From Girardia tigrina (taxonomy: Eukaryota), in contig MQRK01237146.1 of assembly GCA_001938485.1 (NCBI GenBank), positions 14,606 to 78,605 on the forward strand: 64,000 nt of DNA, written 5' to 3'. The translations under genes and the position numbers were made by a program. Under the pieces are notes generated by a model, which was given only the letters and a program-made list of their open reading frames with translations, ran no database searches and was not told the DNA's origin. Positions 1 through 12,655 of this stretch are shown here, piece by piece; position 1 is the stretch's first letter; every line of letters starts with the position of its first letter.

Positions 1-348
1 GCGACCGTTTCTATGGTAATCCCAACCGTTGCCATGGTAACCACGATAACCCATATCGTTGCTATGGTTACCAGCAGGGGGGGGGTAGTGAGGGAGAATG
101 CCCATTTTTACACTACTCAAAACGGTGCATATCTGAATCCAAGAGGACAATCCAAAACATGTTAAATAAAGTTTTGAATTTCACACCAAAATAATGGATT
201 TATTTTTCCCCTACCTAATATAGATAGGTATAAATGAATTTAAATGATTGTAAAATAAATTTTACGTTCATTTTATTTGGAATTAAACTTTTCAAAATTC
301 ATTATTTAAATGTTTAAAACCCTCGGAATAAGTAATTGATAATATATA

Positions 349-1588
349 TTGGGTTGGCCAAAAAGTAATTGCGTTTTTGAGTACGTCCTAATAAAAAGCT
401 TGAAAATATAAAACGATGTGATAAAATTTAAATTCAATTATATATTCTGAAACCTTAATTTTCAGACTATGTTTATACAAAATATTAATTGATTTGTTTT
501 AATTTATTACTTTACCGTCAATTCTAAATGGAAAATCAAAATGAGCATATTCGTCAAATTTTGTTGCATTATTTTCGCAAATGGAAAACCGCTGTGCAAA
601 ATCATAAGAAGATATGTTTTGTATATGGTAGTGACTCCTTAAAACTTCGACAGTGTCAATACTGGTTTTCTAAATTTCGTTCTGAAAAATTTCATCTGAA
701 AGATGCACCACGCTCCGGTCGACCAGTTGAAGTTGATGGCGACAAAATGACAGCACTGGTCAAATCTAATCCACATATGACGACAAGAAAAGTTGCAGAG
801 ACTCTGGAAATATCAAAATCAAGTGTTGGAAGTCATTTAAAGAAACTTGGATTCGTAAGTAAACTCGATATGTGGTTACCACATGAACTGAAAGAAATTC
901 ATTTGGTGAAACGTATATACATTTGCGATTCCCTTTTGAAGTGAGAACAAAGTGATCCATTTTTGAAGCGCTTGATTACGGGTGACGAAAATTGGATTGT
1001 TTACAACAATGTGGAACGCCGACGATTATGGACAAAACGTGGTGAGCCTGCCAAAACGATCCCAAAAGCAGAAATTCACCAAAAGAAGGTTATGCTTTCC
1101 GTCTGGAGGGATTTCAAAGAAATTGTATTTTTTGAACTCCTTCCGTGGAATGAAACCATCAATATACATTGTCTGCTGGAGAAATTGGCTCATTCAATTC
1201 AACTGGAACGTCCTGAATTGGCAAATCGAAAAGGAGTTGTAATTCAGCATGATAACGCAAGACCGCATACAAGTTTGACCACTCGCCATAAACTCTTATC
1301 ACTGGGTTGGGAGGTTTTGCCGCACCCACCGTATTCTCCAGGCTTGGCCCCATCTGATTTTCACTTATTTAGATCACTGCAGAATTCCTTAAACAGAAAA
1401 ACATTCGCCAGTGATGCTGACAAAGGCAAAGGTTTTTATGAATCAGGAATAATGAAGCTACCTGAAAGGTTGAAGAAAGTTATTGAAAATAATGGAAAGT
1501 ATATTGTGTAAAAATATTTGTGCATTCATGTCATTTTTTGATAATAAATATTTTAGTAAAAAACGCAATGACTTTTTGGCCAACCCAA
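349..1588 (+). mobile_element. mariner (mellifera-like) DNA transposon, near full length, inactive
   Basis: TIR TTGGGTTGGCCAAAAAGTAATTGCG at 349, inverse ending 1588; TA TSD at 347-348 and 1589-1590. Transposase 528-1511 has PRSGRP, WLPHEL, TGDENW, HDNARPH and HPPYSPGLAPSDF (D,D34D), an in-frame TGA at 942-944, and a deletion near 1415. Confidence 0.95.
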
Positions 1589-1810
1589 TACCTTGATTTA
1601 GAAAGGTTATAATTAGGATTCACGATATTTTTTCCGCGCCGCGAAAATTTAAGATTTTGAAAGAAAAGGCAGCCACTCCGCGAATTCCGCCAAACAGCCG
1701 TGGAAATAGCCTACCAGCACATAAAATATTAATGCATTTTTAAATAAATTTATTAAAAAAACGCATTAATATTTTATTTTCAGTGCTAGTAAGTTAATTC
1801 TACTATTGTA

Positions 1811-3086
1811 TTAGGTGTATAACTTAGTTTTTTGGATTTTCTAAGAGATGATGTAACCTTTGTGATAAGCATTATTTTACAGTCGTACGTACAGATTTTT
1901 AAAGTGCTGAAATCGAGGCAATAAAAAATAAGTAGGTCATTGACCTTAAGTGCGTCATAAACATATTTTTAATCACGTTTTAGCATGACAACTTTCATAC
2001 CAACAAAACAGCATTTGCGGGAAGCACTACTGTTTTGCTTTAATCAAAAGAATAAAGCTGCAGACAGTTTTCGGTTTCTTGAAGAAACTTATGGTTAACA
2101 TGCACCAACTCAACAGACTTGTGAGAACTGGTATAAACGTTTCAAAAGTGGAGATTTCGACGTAAGTGACAAAGAGCGTTCCGGTCAACCAAAAAGATTC
2201 GAAGATGGAGATTTGGAATCATTACTGAAGGAAGATTCCACTCAAACAGAGAAAGAGCTTGCAAAACAGTTAAATGTTACTCAAACAGCCATAAGTAAAT
2301 GTCTACATGCTATGAAAATGATTCGAAAAGATGGAAAATGAATACCACATGAATTGAATCAAGCTAACATTGAAAGTCGATTACTGATATTCAATTCATT
2401 ACTTACAAGACAACGAAGATGGTCGTTTTTGCATAACATTGTGACTGGAGATGAAAAATGGATTTATTATGTTAACTCTAAACGCAAGAAATCGTGGGTT
2501 CATCCGGGCGAACCATCCACTTCAACAGCAAAAAGAAACATTCATGGAAGCAAGGTTATGTTGTGCATTTGGTGGGATCAGAAAGGTGTACTGTACTATG
2601 AGCTGCTTAATTCGAATGAAATTGTTAATGCAGAACGTTACTAACAACAGTTAATGAAATTGAACGATGCATTGAAGGAAAAACGTCCTATTCCAGCCAA
2701 CAAACAGCGCTCAGTGATTTTGCTCCATGACAATGCTCGGCCACATGTCGCAAAACACGTAAAAAACACGTTGGAAGCACTTAAATGGGAAATTCCACCG
2801 CATGCTGCCTATTCACCAGATTGTGCCCCATCAGATTATCATCTGTTCCGATCAATACAAAGCGCTCTTTGGGACCAGCACTTCAGAAACCAGGAACATA
2901 TAAAAAATGGCTGGAACAATGGATCGCATCAAAAGACCAAAACTTTTTTTTCGATGGAATTCATAATTTGCCTGAAAGATGGTCGAAAGTCATAATTAAC
3001 GATGGAAAATATAAAACTTATTATGTCATATAAATAAACATGTCTGTTCTGCAAAAAAAATCCAAAAAACTAAGTTATACACCTAA
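1811..3086 (+). mobile_element. mariner (mauritiana-like) DNA transposon, full length, inactive; copy A
   Basis: TIR TTAGGTGTATAACTTAGTTTTTTGGA at both ends; TA TSD at 1809-1810 and 3087-3088. ATG at 1985 (MTTFIPTKQHLRE). Motifs TGDEKW, HDNARPH and HAAYSPDCAPSDY; several stops and a frameshift. Confidence 0.95.
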
Positions 3087-3379
3087 TAATTACAAATGCT
3101 CTGAGAAATTAAAATAATATCTTTAAAGTAGTAATTGTAGTTATTGTCATTATAAATTATTAAAGAAAAAGCTCTTCCAAATTACTTTAATCAGCTTTGA
3201 ATAATTCGTAAAAAGGCGGAAACGCTGCACAAATTTGTAAAGAAAAATAAAAATATTGACGTTGTTAAAGTCTTTATTGTAAAAAAAGAAAAAAAAACTC
3301 TTGTAAATACAGAATATATTGATTTTTTATTTTATCGGCATAGTGAAATTAAATCTTGATCGTATCATTTTACTTGTAT

Positions 3380-3630
3380 TATTAATAATAAGAGTTGTGT
3401 ACAACTCTACTTCAGTTTTCTTTCTGTACATTCTAGTTTCATAGCAATCAGATCTTCTGCTGATCAATATGTCTAGATTTGGTAGAGTACTTTGCGCTTC
3501 TTCTTCTAATGTGAATTTCATTAGAATGTATGAACTCATATAATTTTTAAATGATAGTGCGTGATCTTTATTTTCAAAGATTAAAAATATGTTTTCAAAC
3601 AAGTGGTTTAAGTACAAGAACAACAAGAAA
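3380..3630 (-). mobile_element. Penelope-like RT C-terminal fragment
   Basis: MKFTLEEE...LPNLDILISR...TRMYRKKT..LY parallels the PLE RT end and the 48234-49100 ORF (MKYTCEIE..ISFLDVLIKR..TQVFRKSTDTGLY). Confidence 0.7.
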
Positions 3631-5099
3631 ATGTTTAAATTTTCTTTTAGAAGAAACTGAGCTAAGATGGTTTTAATTTATTTATTCTACTTTTAATTCG
3701 ATTGTTTTAGTTAAGGTTTTTACCTTTAAGGTAAGTGTTCAAAACATGTTTAACAACTTAACTGTTTCGTAAAAAATTACAACTGCTCCAAGTTCATTAT
3801 TTTCTTTTTTTCTGTTAGTCTAAATGGCATTCCCACTGTAATTAAATATAAACATGATAAATATATTTACTGTTTTTAATTTACTTTACTTTAGATTATT
3901 TAATGACTTGTACTATTCCTTGTGAGTCATATATGACTCATTGCACAGTTAAGTTCTTAAGATTTGCTTGAAACGTTAAATAAAAAAATTATTAATATTT
4001 TATTTTTTGTCGAAAATTGAAAATTTATTGTCAATTTTATAAAATTAAAATTTTATATCATTAATAAAATTTTTATTAAAAAATTTTTATTTTTAATAGA
4101 CAAAAAAACTGACAATCAAACGGTTTTATTAAAATTATCACGAATAAAAATTTCAATTAAAATGCATTTTTATTTTGAGAAAATTAAAATTTTTTCGAAT
4201 GAGTAATTTTAAAAATTAGAATATTTTTATTTTTTAAAAACAAATCTTTTCCCATTTCTATTTAAAATCTTTATGACAATAAAAATATTTTGTTTTTGCA
4301 TCTAAAAAAGTTTTTTGTTAATAAATAATAAAAGTTTTGATTACAGTAAAAGTTTTTTTTATATTTATTTATATATTTATTAAAATATTATGTTTTGTGA
4401 AATCCCGAAACTAAACTTTATCTAACGGTCAATTTCAAATAATTTCATTTTAATTTTTTTTCACTTTAAATGTTTCTTTCAAATGTTTAAAAAGTTTAAT
4501 CATGAGGTGTAAAAAATTAATCATACTTTTAACCAAGTACATAATATTCGGCGGGAAAAAGAACTATGGTACAACTTTTATGACAATAATATACAACGAA
4601 ATAATACAGCTAAGTGTAAATACCAATCATCTAGGTAATTTGTACCTTTCTGAACAACTGACTTTAACATAATGGTAGATAATGAAAATCTGTGTTGTGT
4701 TATTTTATTGATTTGCAGTTAAAGGGGTTTCCAACTGCAGTTTTCGATTTATTAAAAGTTGCTAATGTTTTTCAATTTGATACGGCCGTTAAGATCCTGA
4801 GATCCTATCTATGTCTCTTGAGATCCTTCAATGTGCGGTTGTTTGAGTTGGTTGTCCAAGGTAATCTGGCATTCACAAGAAATTCAAAAAGTGCCTTGGA
4901 ATTAAAACATTTATCAAGAAATTTATTAAAACAAAAACACCTACCAAAAGCGGTTCCTAGCCATGGGACCATGAGATTGGGGAAAAAGTTTTTTGAAAAA
5001 TTCCTCGATCTCTGCATCTTTTTTGTGCTTTCTAATTGAAATTCTAATCTCAGTCATATTATTTATTTAAAAGCATGATATTGAAAATGGTCACATGCA

Positions 5100-7850
5100 A
5101 TTGAACACAAACGAGTTGAAACACAAGCTAGTGGTGCACCAATATTGACATATGTGGACCCGAATAAGAATTTCATCTTAGATACATACGAATCATTTAG
5201 AATAATAGGAGCAGTATTTAGTCAAAAATCAGAAGATAAGAATTTAGTAGTCGTGTATGCATTGAACACTTTTATCACACATGAAAAGGGTACTGTATCA
5301 CAAGAAAAGAGCTATTAGTTTTACAAGAGTTCATGATACATTTTAAGCAATATTTATATGGCAAGCGATTTACGGCATGAAATGTTCGTAAAGCACTGGT
5401 ATATGCGAAGAGTACTTCCAAACCAATAACTCCTCAATTCCAAACATGGTTTGCAAACATGACAGATTTTTACTTCGATTTAAAATAAAGAAAAGATTAA
5501 TAACATGGACATAAAAATCGACTATCAATATTATATGGCGATGTCTGTGTGCAATATGAAACAAAACACTAAGAACCTATTCAAGAAAAGCAAGGGTGAA
5601 ATACATCAATACAGTGGTGACTCAGTCTACAATTCTATGGATAAAAGAGGAGCAAGAAAAGTGCTCAGAGTTGAACCAGTTGAAAAAATATGGAGGAAAG
5701 AAGGAAATACGAATCAAATAACCAAAGAATTACTGCAACTAATGAACCAATTAGTCTGTCAGAATTGATTATATGGTAGGAAAGAAGGAAATTATGTTAA
5801 CGCTTGTTCTGAAGCAAAATAGAAGAGATTTTATCAGAAAAAGACACAGAGATTTATGTCATTTAAGTATAAAAAGGACAAAGAAATTTATCTCAAATCA
5901 TTTTATGCTACCAGATTTAGTCAAAGAGTAGCAATTTGTTATCGGAAAATATCAGGAATGTTAAAACAAAAAGGTTAGAAGTTTTTCCACTTAGAAGTGA
6001 CGACGTTTTAGAGTAATTCATGATGGACATCGAAAAATCTGGATGACAAGAATAGCAAGCCAAATCTGATAATGGAAAATGTTTTACTAGCAAAAAAATT
6101 AATGAATTTTGCCAGAGATTCGGAAATGAACAAAGATTTAGTAACCTATTTCAATATCGATCAAACGAACTCGCAGAAAAAAACCATTTGAACAGTAAGA
6201 GACGGTACCACGACAAAAGCGCTCACTTTTTAAAATATTTGTTTGAATTCTTAACTGAACTAATTCTTAAATGAATCAATTTTGAGAGTCAAAAAACTTT
6301 TTAACAAGAAAAATATTTTAATTAGAAACATCATAAAATTAGATAAAATGACATTTTGTGAACACTTAAAAAATGTGGTGCACTAGGCAATATAAAAAAA
6401 TTACAAATTGAAGATACTACATGGTACAAAAAATGGACAATTTGTTCTCCATCAAGAAATTTTCCATCCACTTTGTTGAATATTGTAATTTTTCCCTAAT
6501 TATTTTGGAAGAATGAGATGCAACCGTAGAATAGTACCAATGTTTCCATTAAACGTTTGGAATATGTTTGGTAGAGTTAATAGTGATTTGCGCGTACAAA
6601 TAATTCAGTTGAAGGTTGGCATAGAGACTTTCAACAGACCGTGGAGTGCAACCATTTCTTAATTTTTAAAATATTGGAATATTTAAAAAAAAAGAACATA
6701 ATCAAATAGAAATAGAATATGAACGTTTTCAAGCCGGATTTTGATGACCACAAGCTTAGAAAAACAAATATGTAAGCCTAAAGAAACGGATAAAAATATT
6801 AACAGAAAATTATAATCAAAATGATGTTCTAAATTATCTAAAAAGATTATCATATAATGTGTAATTGTTTTTACTTTTTTCTTTTCATTTTATTACTTTT
6901 ATTTTCAACATTTCGTTGATTTTGTTATTGTTTCAATTTTACAAGTCGCCTTTTTCGGGGCGCTATTATTTATCCTATCATTATATTTTAAAAATCCCAA
7001 ATAATATAAGTTTTACAATTTTCTTTATAAAAAATCAAAAAGTCCTTTAATATTTGGAATTTAAACAATATAATAATAGTAGAAATAATGATGGCACTTT
7101 AGTCGGGGCGCATTTGTTAGTGGGCGCTTTTGTCGAGTCACCGTAAGAGACATACTTGTAACAAGCTGATGAGACAGACAAACGCTCATGGCGGCGAATT
7201 GTTCCGAAGATAGAATTCTGTCTAAATGCAACATTCCAGAGTGCAACTGGATATTCTCTCTTCGAAGTTGTGTTTGGCTGAAAAATAAATTTACATGCTG
7301 CAGCAGGATTAACTAACTCCACGAAAGCAACGTGATCACGATTAATGTTTGAAAAAATTTAGAAAAAGTGGTAAGACGAATGGAAATTTGAAAGAGAGAA
7401 AAGATAACAAATTGACATTTCGAGAATGATCAGAAAGTCTTTGTAAAACTAGATCCTATAAAACAAAGAAAAATATTTCCATTCCAAGGAACGTGTCAAG
7501 TACAAGGCATATATCACCACACTAATTGGAACTAAAGAATCTAAAAGACAGAAGCATAATTCGTCGAAGAATTGAGTGACTTAAGAACTTCAAAAACGAA
7601 TAATAAAAGAGGAGAAGGTTGTTGTTAATTAGTGGTTTGTTTTTATATTTAAAAAGCGTTTTGATAATTCAAATATCTTTTAATGTTACATTAATGATTT
7701 CTTATATGAAACCTGAAGATTTAACTGGGTCTTTTGTTCTTGGGTTTTTTGCACTTACATTTTTATTCTTTGAGTCTTTTTGCTTTCGGCGCCTTTACTT
7801 TTGTGTTTTTGAATTTCTGCTTGTTTTTATTTAATTTCTTTTCTTATTTT
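5100..7850 (+). mobile_element. degenerate Ty3/gypsy LTR retrotransposon remnants (RNase H, integrase end, probable 3' LTR), interrupted by a MULE
   Basis: ~5135-5375 reads APILTYVDPNKNFILDT...IGAVFSQ...VVYA...YCITRKELL...HFKQYLYGKRFT (gypsy RNase H). ~7170-7280 reads WRRIVPKIEFCLNATFQSATGYSLFEVVFG (integrase). A purine tract AAAAGAGGAGAAGG precedes TG at ~7620. Confidence 0.75.
6204..7142 (+). mobile_element. MULE (Mutator-like) internally deleted element nested in gypsy
   Basis: TIR GGTACCACGACAAAAGCGCTCACT / AGTGGGCGCTTTTGTCGAGTCACC; perfect 9-bp TSD GTAAGAGAC at 6195-6203 and 7143-7151; internal FPLNVWNMF...RTNNSVEGWH (MULE transposase C-terminal motif). Confidence 0.9.
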
Positions 7851-9221
7851 AAAAAGAAATAATTGAGATTATAAAAATTAAAAATCCTGTATTTATATGA
7901 GTTTGTATTTTAAATCAAGACATGCGAGCATACTACATTAAAAATTTCATACAAAAACGTATATTTTCAATTATACCCGACACTCAGTAATTATTTGTGA
8001 ATGGTTGATGATCTTACTATGACATTTTACGACAGACCAAACGAATTCAAGTACTTCATCTGACCCTCAAGAAATTTTTTTTAAGATCAGACAATAAAAA
8101 AATAATAAATAACACACTAATTTATTTTTTTAGTTTTTTTCTGACATTTTTTTTCAAATAATTATGGTTAATAAAGAGTATTAATAAAAGTCAATTTTGT
8201 CAGATTAATAATCAAGTATAATCAGAAAACTTTTTTTATTAAATTTTATCAAAAAATATAATTTGCAGAAAATATATTTATTTAAAAAATTACGGGAAAG
8301 GCATCGTAAACATAAATTGCTCAAATTATTCAATGGCAAACAATATTGAAATATTTTTGATTACATTAATTATCTTTTTTTAATTAAATTAAATTGAATA
8401 ATCGTTATTATTTTTAGGAAGAACTTTTATGAAAGTCAATTTTTATTTTTGTTTTATAATTAACTGTAAATTATATTAAAACACGTCTTTAAATCAAATA
8501 TAAAATTTTAAATTATAAAAGAATTAAACTTTCTATTTACACATTTTCACTGAATTTATTTATTTTATTTATTCATTATTTGTTTAATTTCTTAAATATA
8601 AATTTGAATATTTGTTTGGTTTTAATTTCAAAAATTTTATTATTCAAATCTTTTGCGTTATTAACAATGAAAAATTTATTAAAATGTTATTATTTTTTTA
8701 TTCTTTATTTTTTTTAGTATTATCGTTTTTTTATTTCATTATATAAAATTTATTTAATTTTTTTTTATTTATTTATTTTATCATAAGAATAAACAATTTT
8801 AGGAACAGAGGAAAAAATATTTTTTTATGAAAATCAATTAATTAATTTAATTAATTTAATTAAAATATTTATTTTTAAAATATCTGTTGTTTAATTAATA
8901 AAAATTAAATATATTAAAAATTCATAAGAACAATTATCATCCTAACATGTTCACCTTTGAGATTGATTTTCCTTAAGCTGCAAGCTAACGAAACATTTTA
9001 TTAAAGTGATCAAGGATGATTCAAATGTTTAATAAATGATCCACACCATCTATGATGAATAGTTTCATTGGATGTTTATTATTATTATTATTATTATTAT
9101 TATATTTCTTATTATTATAATTATTATTATATATTTACTAATTTTTATTCTTATTCTTATTGTTCGGAATTTAAATTTTGTTTTTATTTATATTTTCGTT
9201 ATTATTATTCTTTGATTCGCA

Positions 9222-9850
9222 TTGGGGGCTGATGCAGCTGATCTCGCTGGTGCAAATTGGGAATATGTGGAGTTGTTTATACAACTCTTCGAATTAACGT
9301 CTCATCACATCAATTTATTCAAATCTGAAAAATCGTTCACGTCTCATATCAACCATTCGTCAACTATTCAATTTAATTGCCCAATGTGTCCCAACTATTT
9401 TCCCTATCGACATGTTCGAATGGCTTATAAAAGCTTAACAATTTTTTTCAATTGCAAACAGTGCGACCGATCTTTTTGTGAAATGTCAAGTTTGAAGTAT
9501 CGTTGAATATTTCACCATAAATTCCCACCACATCCCGATTAAACTCTACAAAACATCACGAAAAAGAAAACAAGCATCTATTAATTCGGCTAATTGTTCA
9601 ATCTCTGAGTCTCAAAAAATCTGATTTCAAAAACTCATTTTGACGAAAATGGAAGGGAGTATTTTGTTGCAAAAGAACTGGAAAGAGAACGCCGAGAAAT
9701 TATCGCAACCAAAATATTTCCATAAGGGCTCAATTGAAATAATCGAAACACCGCAACTAATTGAAGATAAATTATCATGTACAACAAAATTTACAAAAAC
9801 CTAGAACTTAAAATTGACTTGATAAAAGCAATTTGTGTTAATGACAGAAA
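9222..9850 (+). pseudogene. decayed C2H2 zinc-finger coding remnant, origin unknown
   Basis: FNCPMCPNYF...RHVRMAY and FNCKQCDRSFCEMSSLKYR*IFHH are two degenerate C2H2 fingers; stops follow downstream. Confidence 0.5.
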
Positions 9851-9965
9851 TTAGTTCATATGATATTTTTTTATTTTTATTTTTTTTGCCTGTTATCGTG
9901 TGATAAATATTGATGATATTAACTAAGAATAATGTTTTTATATACAATTGGACTTTAATTCATAA

Positions 9966-10430
9966 GGGGCCGTTCATAAATTATGTCACACAAAAAGATG
10001 TCTTTTTTAACCCGCTCCCTTCCTGTCACAACGTGTCACAAAATCTCCATCCACCCTTGTGACAACGCAAAAAAATAATTAATTTTTTTATGAAGAAAAA
10101 ATACAATAATTCACATTTTTTAGTATATAAATATCATTTTTATTCAAAATTCTATATTTTTCAAGTGTGTTTCAATATTAATTAAATGAATGTTTCCATC
10201 GAGAGTGCATAAATCAGGTTCACTTACTTGAGCATCGAGATGTTCTTCATTTATCCATTCGACATCTTCATCAATTTCAATCAAGATTTCTTTCTTTCGC
10301 TTTGCTATTACTTTTTTTGGCTTCTTCTTAGTGTTGATAATACGATTATGGATGCTCTTACGATGAATTTTTAACATTTCTAAAGAAGCGCAACATAAAT
10401 TATAGTCTATTTAAATAATCGATAAGGAAA
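9966..10430 (-). mobile_element. probable Zator transposon 3' remnant
   Basis: Terminus TAA|GGGGCCGTTCATAAATTATGTCAC (GG end with TWA flank). The minus-strand ORF end (SLEMLKIHRKSIH...IAKRKKE...EDVEWINEE) resembles the Zator transposase C-terminus. No second terminus found. Confidence 0.55.
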
Positions 10431-10958
10431 ATACATAAATTAAAATTAATTAATTAACAAAAGTGTTGCTTTTAAAAAACTAATAAAAAAATTAAATTGA
10501 ATTATGTTGAAAAATTGCGTTGTTTTAAAGCACTTATTAAATCAAATAATAAATTGTTGTTGATTTTGATTAGCTGCGCAAATTCGTTGATGTTAATGTG
10601 ACATTGAGAAAATTTATGATCATAATCTTTTAAGATTGATTGTGTGAAAGCTGGATTTGTGTGAGAAAAAATTATGTTTCGTATGGCTGGTAAAATAAAA
10701 AAAAGGTCGTTCGAGACTTTTTGATTTGAATAATTTTTATTGTGAAAAAAGGGCATATAGAGAGAAATTTCTTATAGAATTTTGTACAAATTTATAATTT
10801 GATTTGAGTTCTTGAAAAATTTATTTATGAGCTGAAAATTTGTGTGTAAGAAGTTATGTTACAATTATTGATTTGTAAAATTGAAATTATAAAATAGAAA
10901 AATTGTCAAATCGATCTGTTTTTTAATTTAATAATAAATGATATATTCAGTCAAATTC

Positions 10959-12655
10959 GTCAAATTGTTTGTTACCTTCCATTGAATAATCTATCTGAAT
11001 TATAAATACGCATCTTATAGCTGTTCCTATTTTAAGTTCAGTCCCGATGGAAACATTTTACTGGTGAATATGGGCGGCGAGCAAGTTTATATGTGTGATG
11101 CGAATATAATTCATTCACCTTTCTCCTTCAAAACATCCTTGGTCCCAGATTCTCCCGTTTGTGATTGCGACTTACTTTCAAAGCATAAATCGATCCCAGT
11201 GGAATATAATGGGATATTAGGGTGAGTCATAAGTTGTGGGGCACTCTTTCAAAAGTAATTATCTTTAATTACAACATGAATTGTCGAATCGATATTAATT
11301 GAATTTGTATATCGTAATAAAGCTCATAAACTGAAGTTTCAGTATTTGTAAGAAAATCATGATTATGTTCATTCTAATTTTTTAAACATTTTAGAAAATT
11401 ATGGAAAAATTTGAAATTAGAGTACTTTTGAAATTTTTCTAGAAAAAAGGTCTGAGTTCAAGGGCTGCCGTAAAGAAAATTNNNNNNNNNNNNNNNNNNN
11501 NNNNNNNNNNNNNNNNNNNNNNNNNNNNNNNNNNNNNNNNNNNNNNNNNNNNNNNNNNNNNNNNNNNNNNNNNNNNNNNNNNNNNNNNNNNNNNNNNNNN
11601 NNNNNNNNNNNNNNNNNNNNNNNNNNNNNNNNNNNNNNNNNNNNNNNNNNNNNNNNNNNNNNNNNNNNNNNNNNNNNNNNNNNNNNNNNNNNNNNNNNNN
11701 NNNNNNNNNNNNNNNNNNNNNNNNNNNNNNNNNNNNNNNNNNNNNNNNNNNNNNNNNNNNNNNNNNNNNNNNNNNNNNNNNNNNNNNNNNNNNNNNNNNN
11801 NNNNNNNNNNNNNNNNNNNNNNNNNNNNNNNNNNNNNNNNNNNNNNNNNNNNNNNNNNNNNNNNNNNNNNNNNNNNNNNNNNNNNNNNNNNNNNNNNNNN
11901 NNNNNNNNNNNNNNNNNNNNNNNNNNNNNNNNNNNNNNNNNNNNNNNNNNNNNNNNNNNNNNNNNNNNNNNNNNNNNNNNNNNNNNNNNNNNNNNNNNNN
12001 NNNNNNNNNNNNNNNNNNNNNNNNNNNNNNNNNNNNNNNNNNNNNNNNNNNNNNNNNNNNNNNNNNNNNNNNNNNNNNNNNNNNNNNNNNNNNNNNNNNN
12101 NNNNNNNNNNNNNNNNNNNNNNNNNNNNNNNNNNNNNNNNNNNNNNNNNNNNNNNNNNNNNNNNNNNNNNNNNNNNNNNNNNNNNNNNNNNNNNNNNNNN
12201 NNNNNNNNNNNNNNNNNNNNNNNNNNNNNNNNNNNNNNNNNNNNNNNNNNNNNNNNNNNNNNNNNNNNNNNNNNNNNNNNNNNNNNNNNNNNNNNNNNNN
12301 NNNNNNNNNNNNNNNNNNNNNNNNNNNNNNNNNNNNNNNNNNNNNNNNNNNNNNNNNNNNNNNNNNNNNTTGAACATAATGGACTTTATTTCGAATCATA
12401 ATCTTTATTGTGCGTTGTTTTATGAACATTTTAATTTTTAATAAAAAGTGCCCCACAACTTATGACTCACCCTAATATATAATATAATGTATATATAATA
12501 TGTATAATATAATGGAATATAATGTATGTGTTTGGGATCAGAAAAATGATAATATAATGAGTACGATTCGCGGAGTCAGAACTATTATCAATTGCTTAAA
12601 GTCGTATCTATCAGTTTGTTTCCTGGCGAGCAGTTGAATAGATAACGCAAACCTA
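10959..12655 (+). pseudogene. WDTC1: WD and tetratricopeptide repeat protein 1 (adipose/DCAF9) fragment, internally deleted and split by a Tc1/mariner insertion
   Basis: 10959-11211: SYFKFSPDGNILLVNMGGEQVYMCD (cf. WDTC1 FSPxGTELLVNMGGEQVYLFD). 12513-12655: VCVWDQKNDNIMSTIRGVRTIINCLKSYLSVCFLASS*IDN (cf. FIWEK..NLVRVLQGDESIVNCLQPHPSYCFLATSGID). In-frame stops present; TPR region absent. Confidence 0.8.
11217..12475. mobile_element. Tc1/mariner element, interior lost in assembly gap
   Basis: Perfect TIR TTAGGGTGAGTCATAAGTTGTGGGGCACT; TA TSD at 11215-11216 and 12476-12477; about 1.26 kb; Ns at 11482-12369. Confidence 0.85.

Noticed and set aside
942-944. Alternative genetic code (TGA readthrough) suggested by in-frame TGAs in the mariner and WDTC1
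   Set aside because: The TGAs correspond to different expected residues, and TAA/TAG stops and frameshifts also occur, which is consistent with neutral decay.
3923-3960. Palindrome TGAGTCATATATGACTCA near TTAA (piggyBac-like end)
   Set aside because: No partner terminus found; too short to call.
4692-5039. 115-aa ORF as a host gene
   Set aside because: No motif on the plus strand; the minus strand shows at most a decayed gag-like knuckle.
11439-12456. Long ORFs of 188-332 aa here and at 36218-36843
   Set aside because: Artefacts of translating N-gaps.
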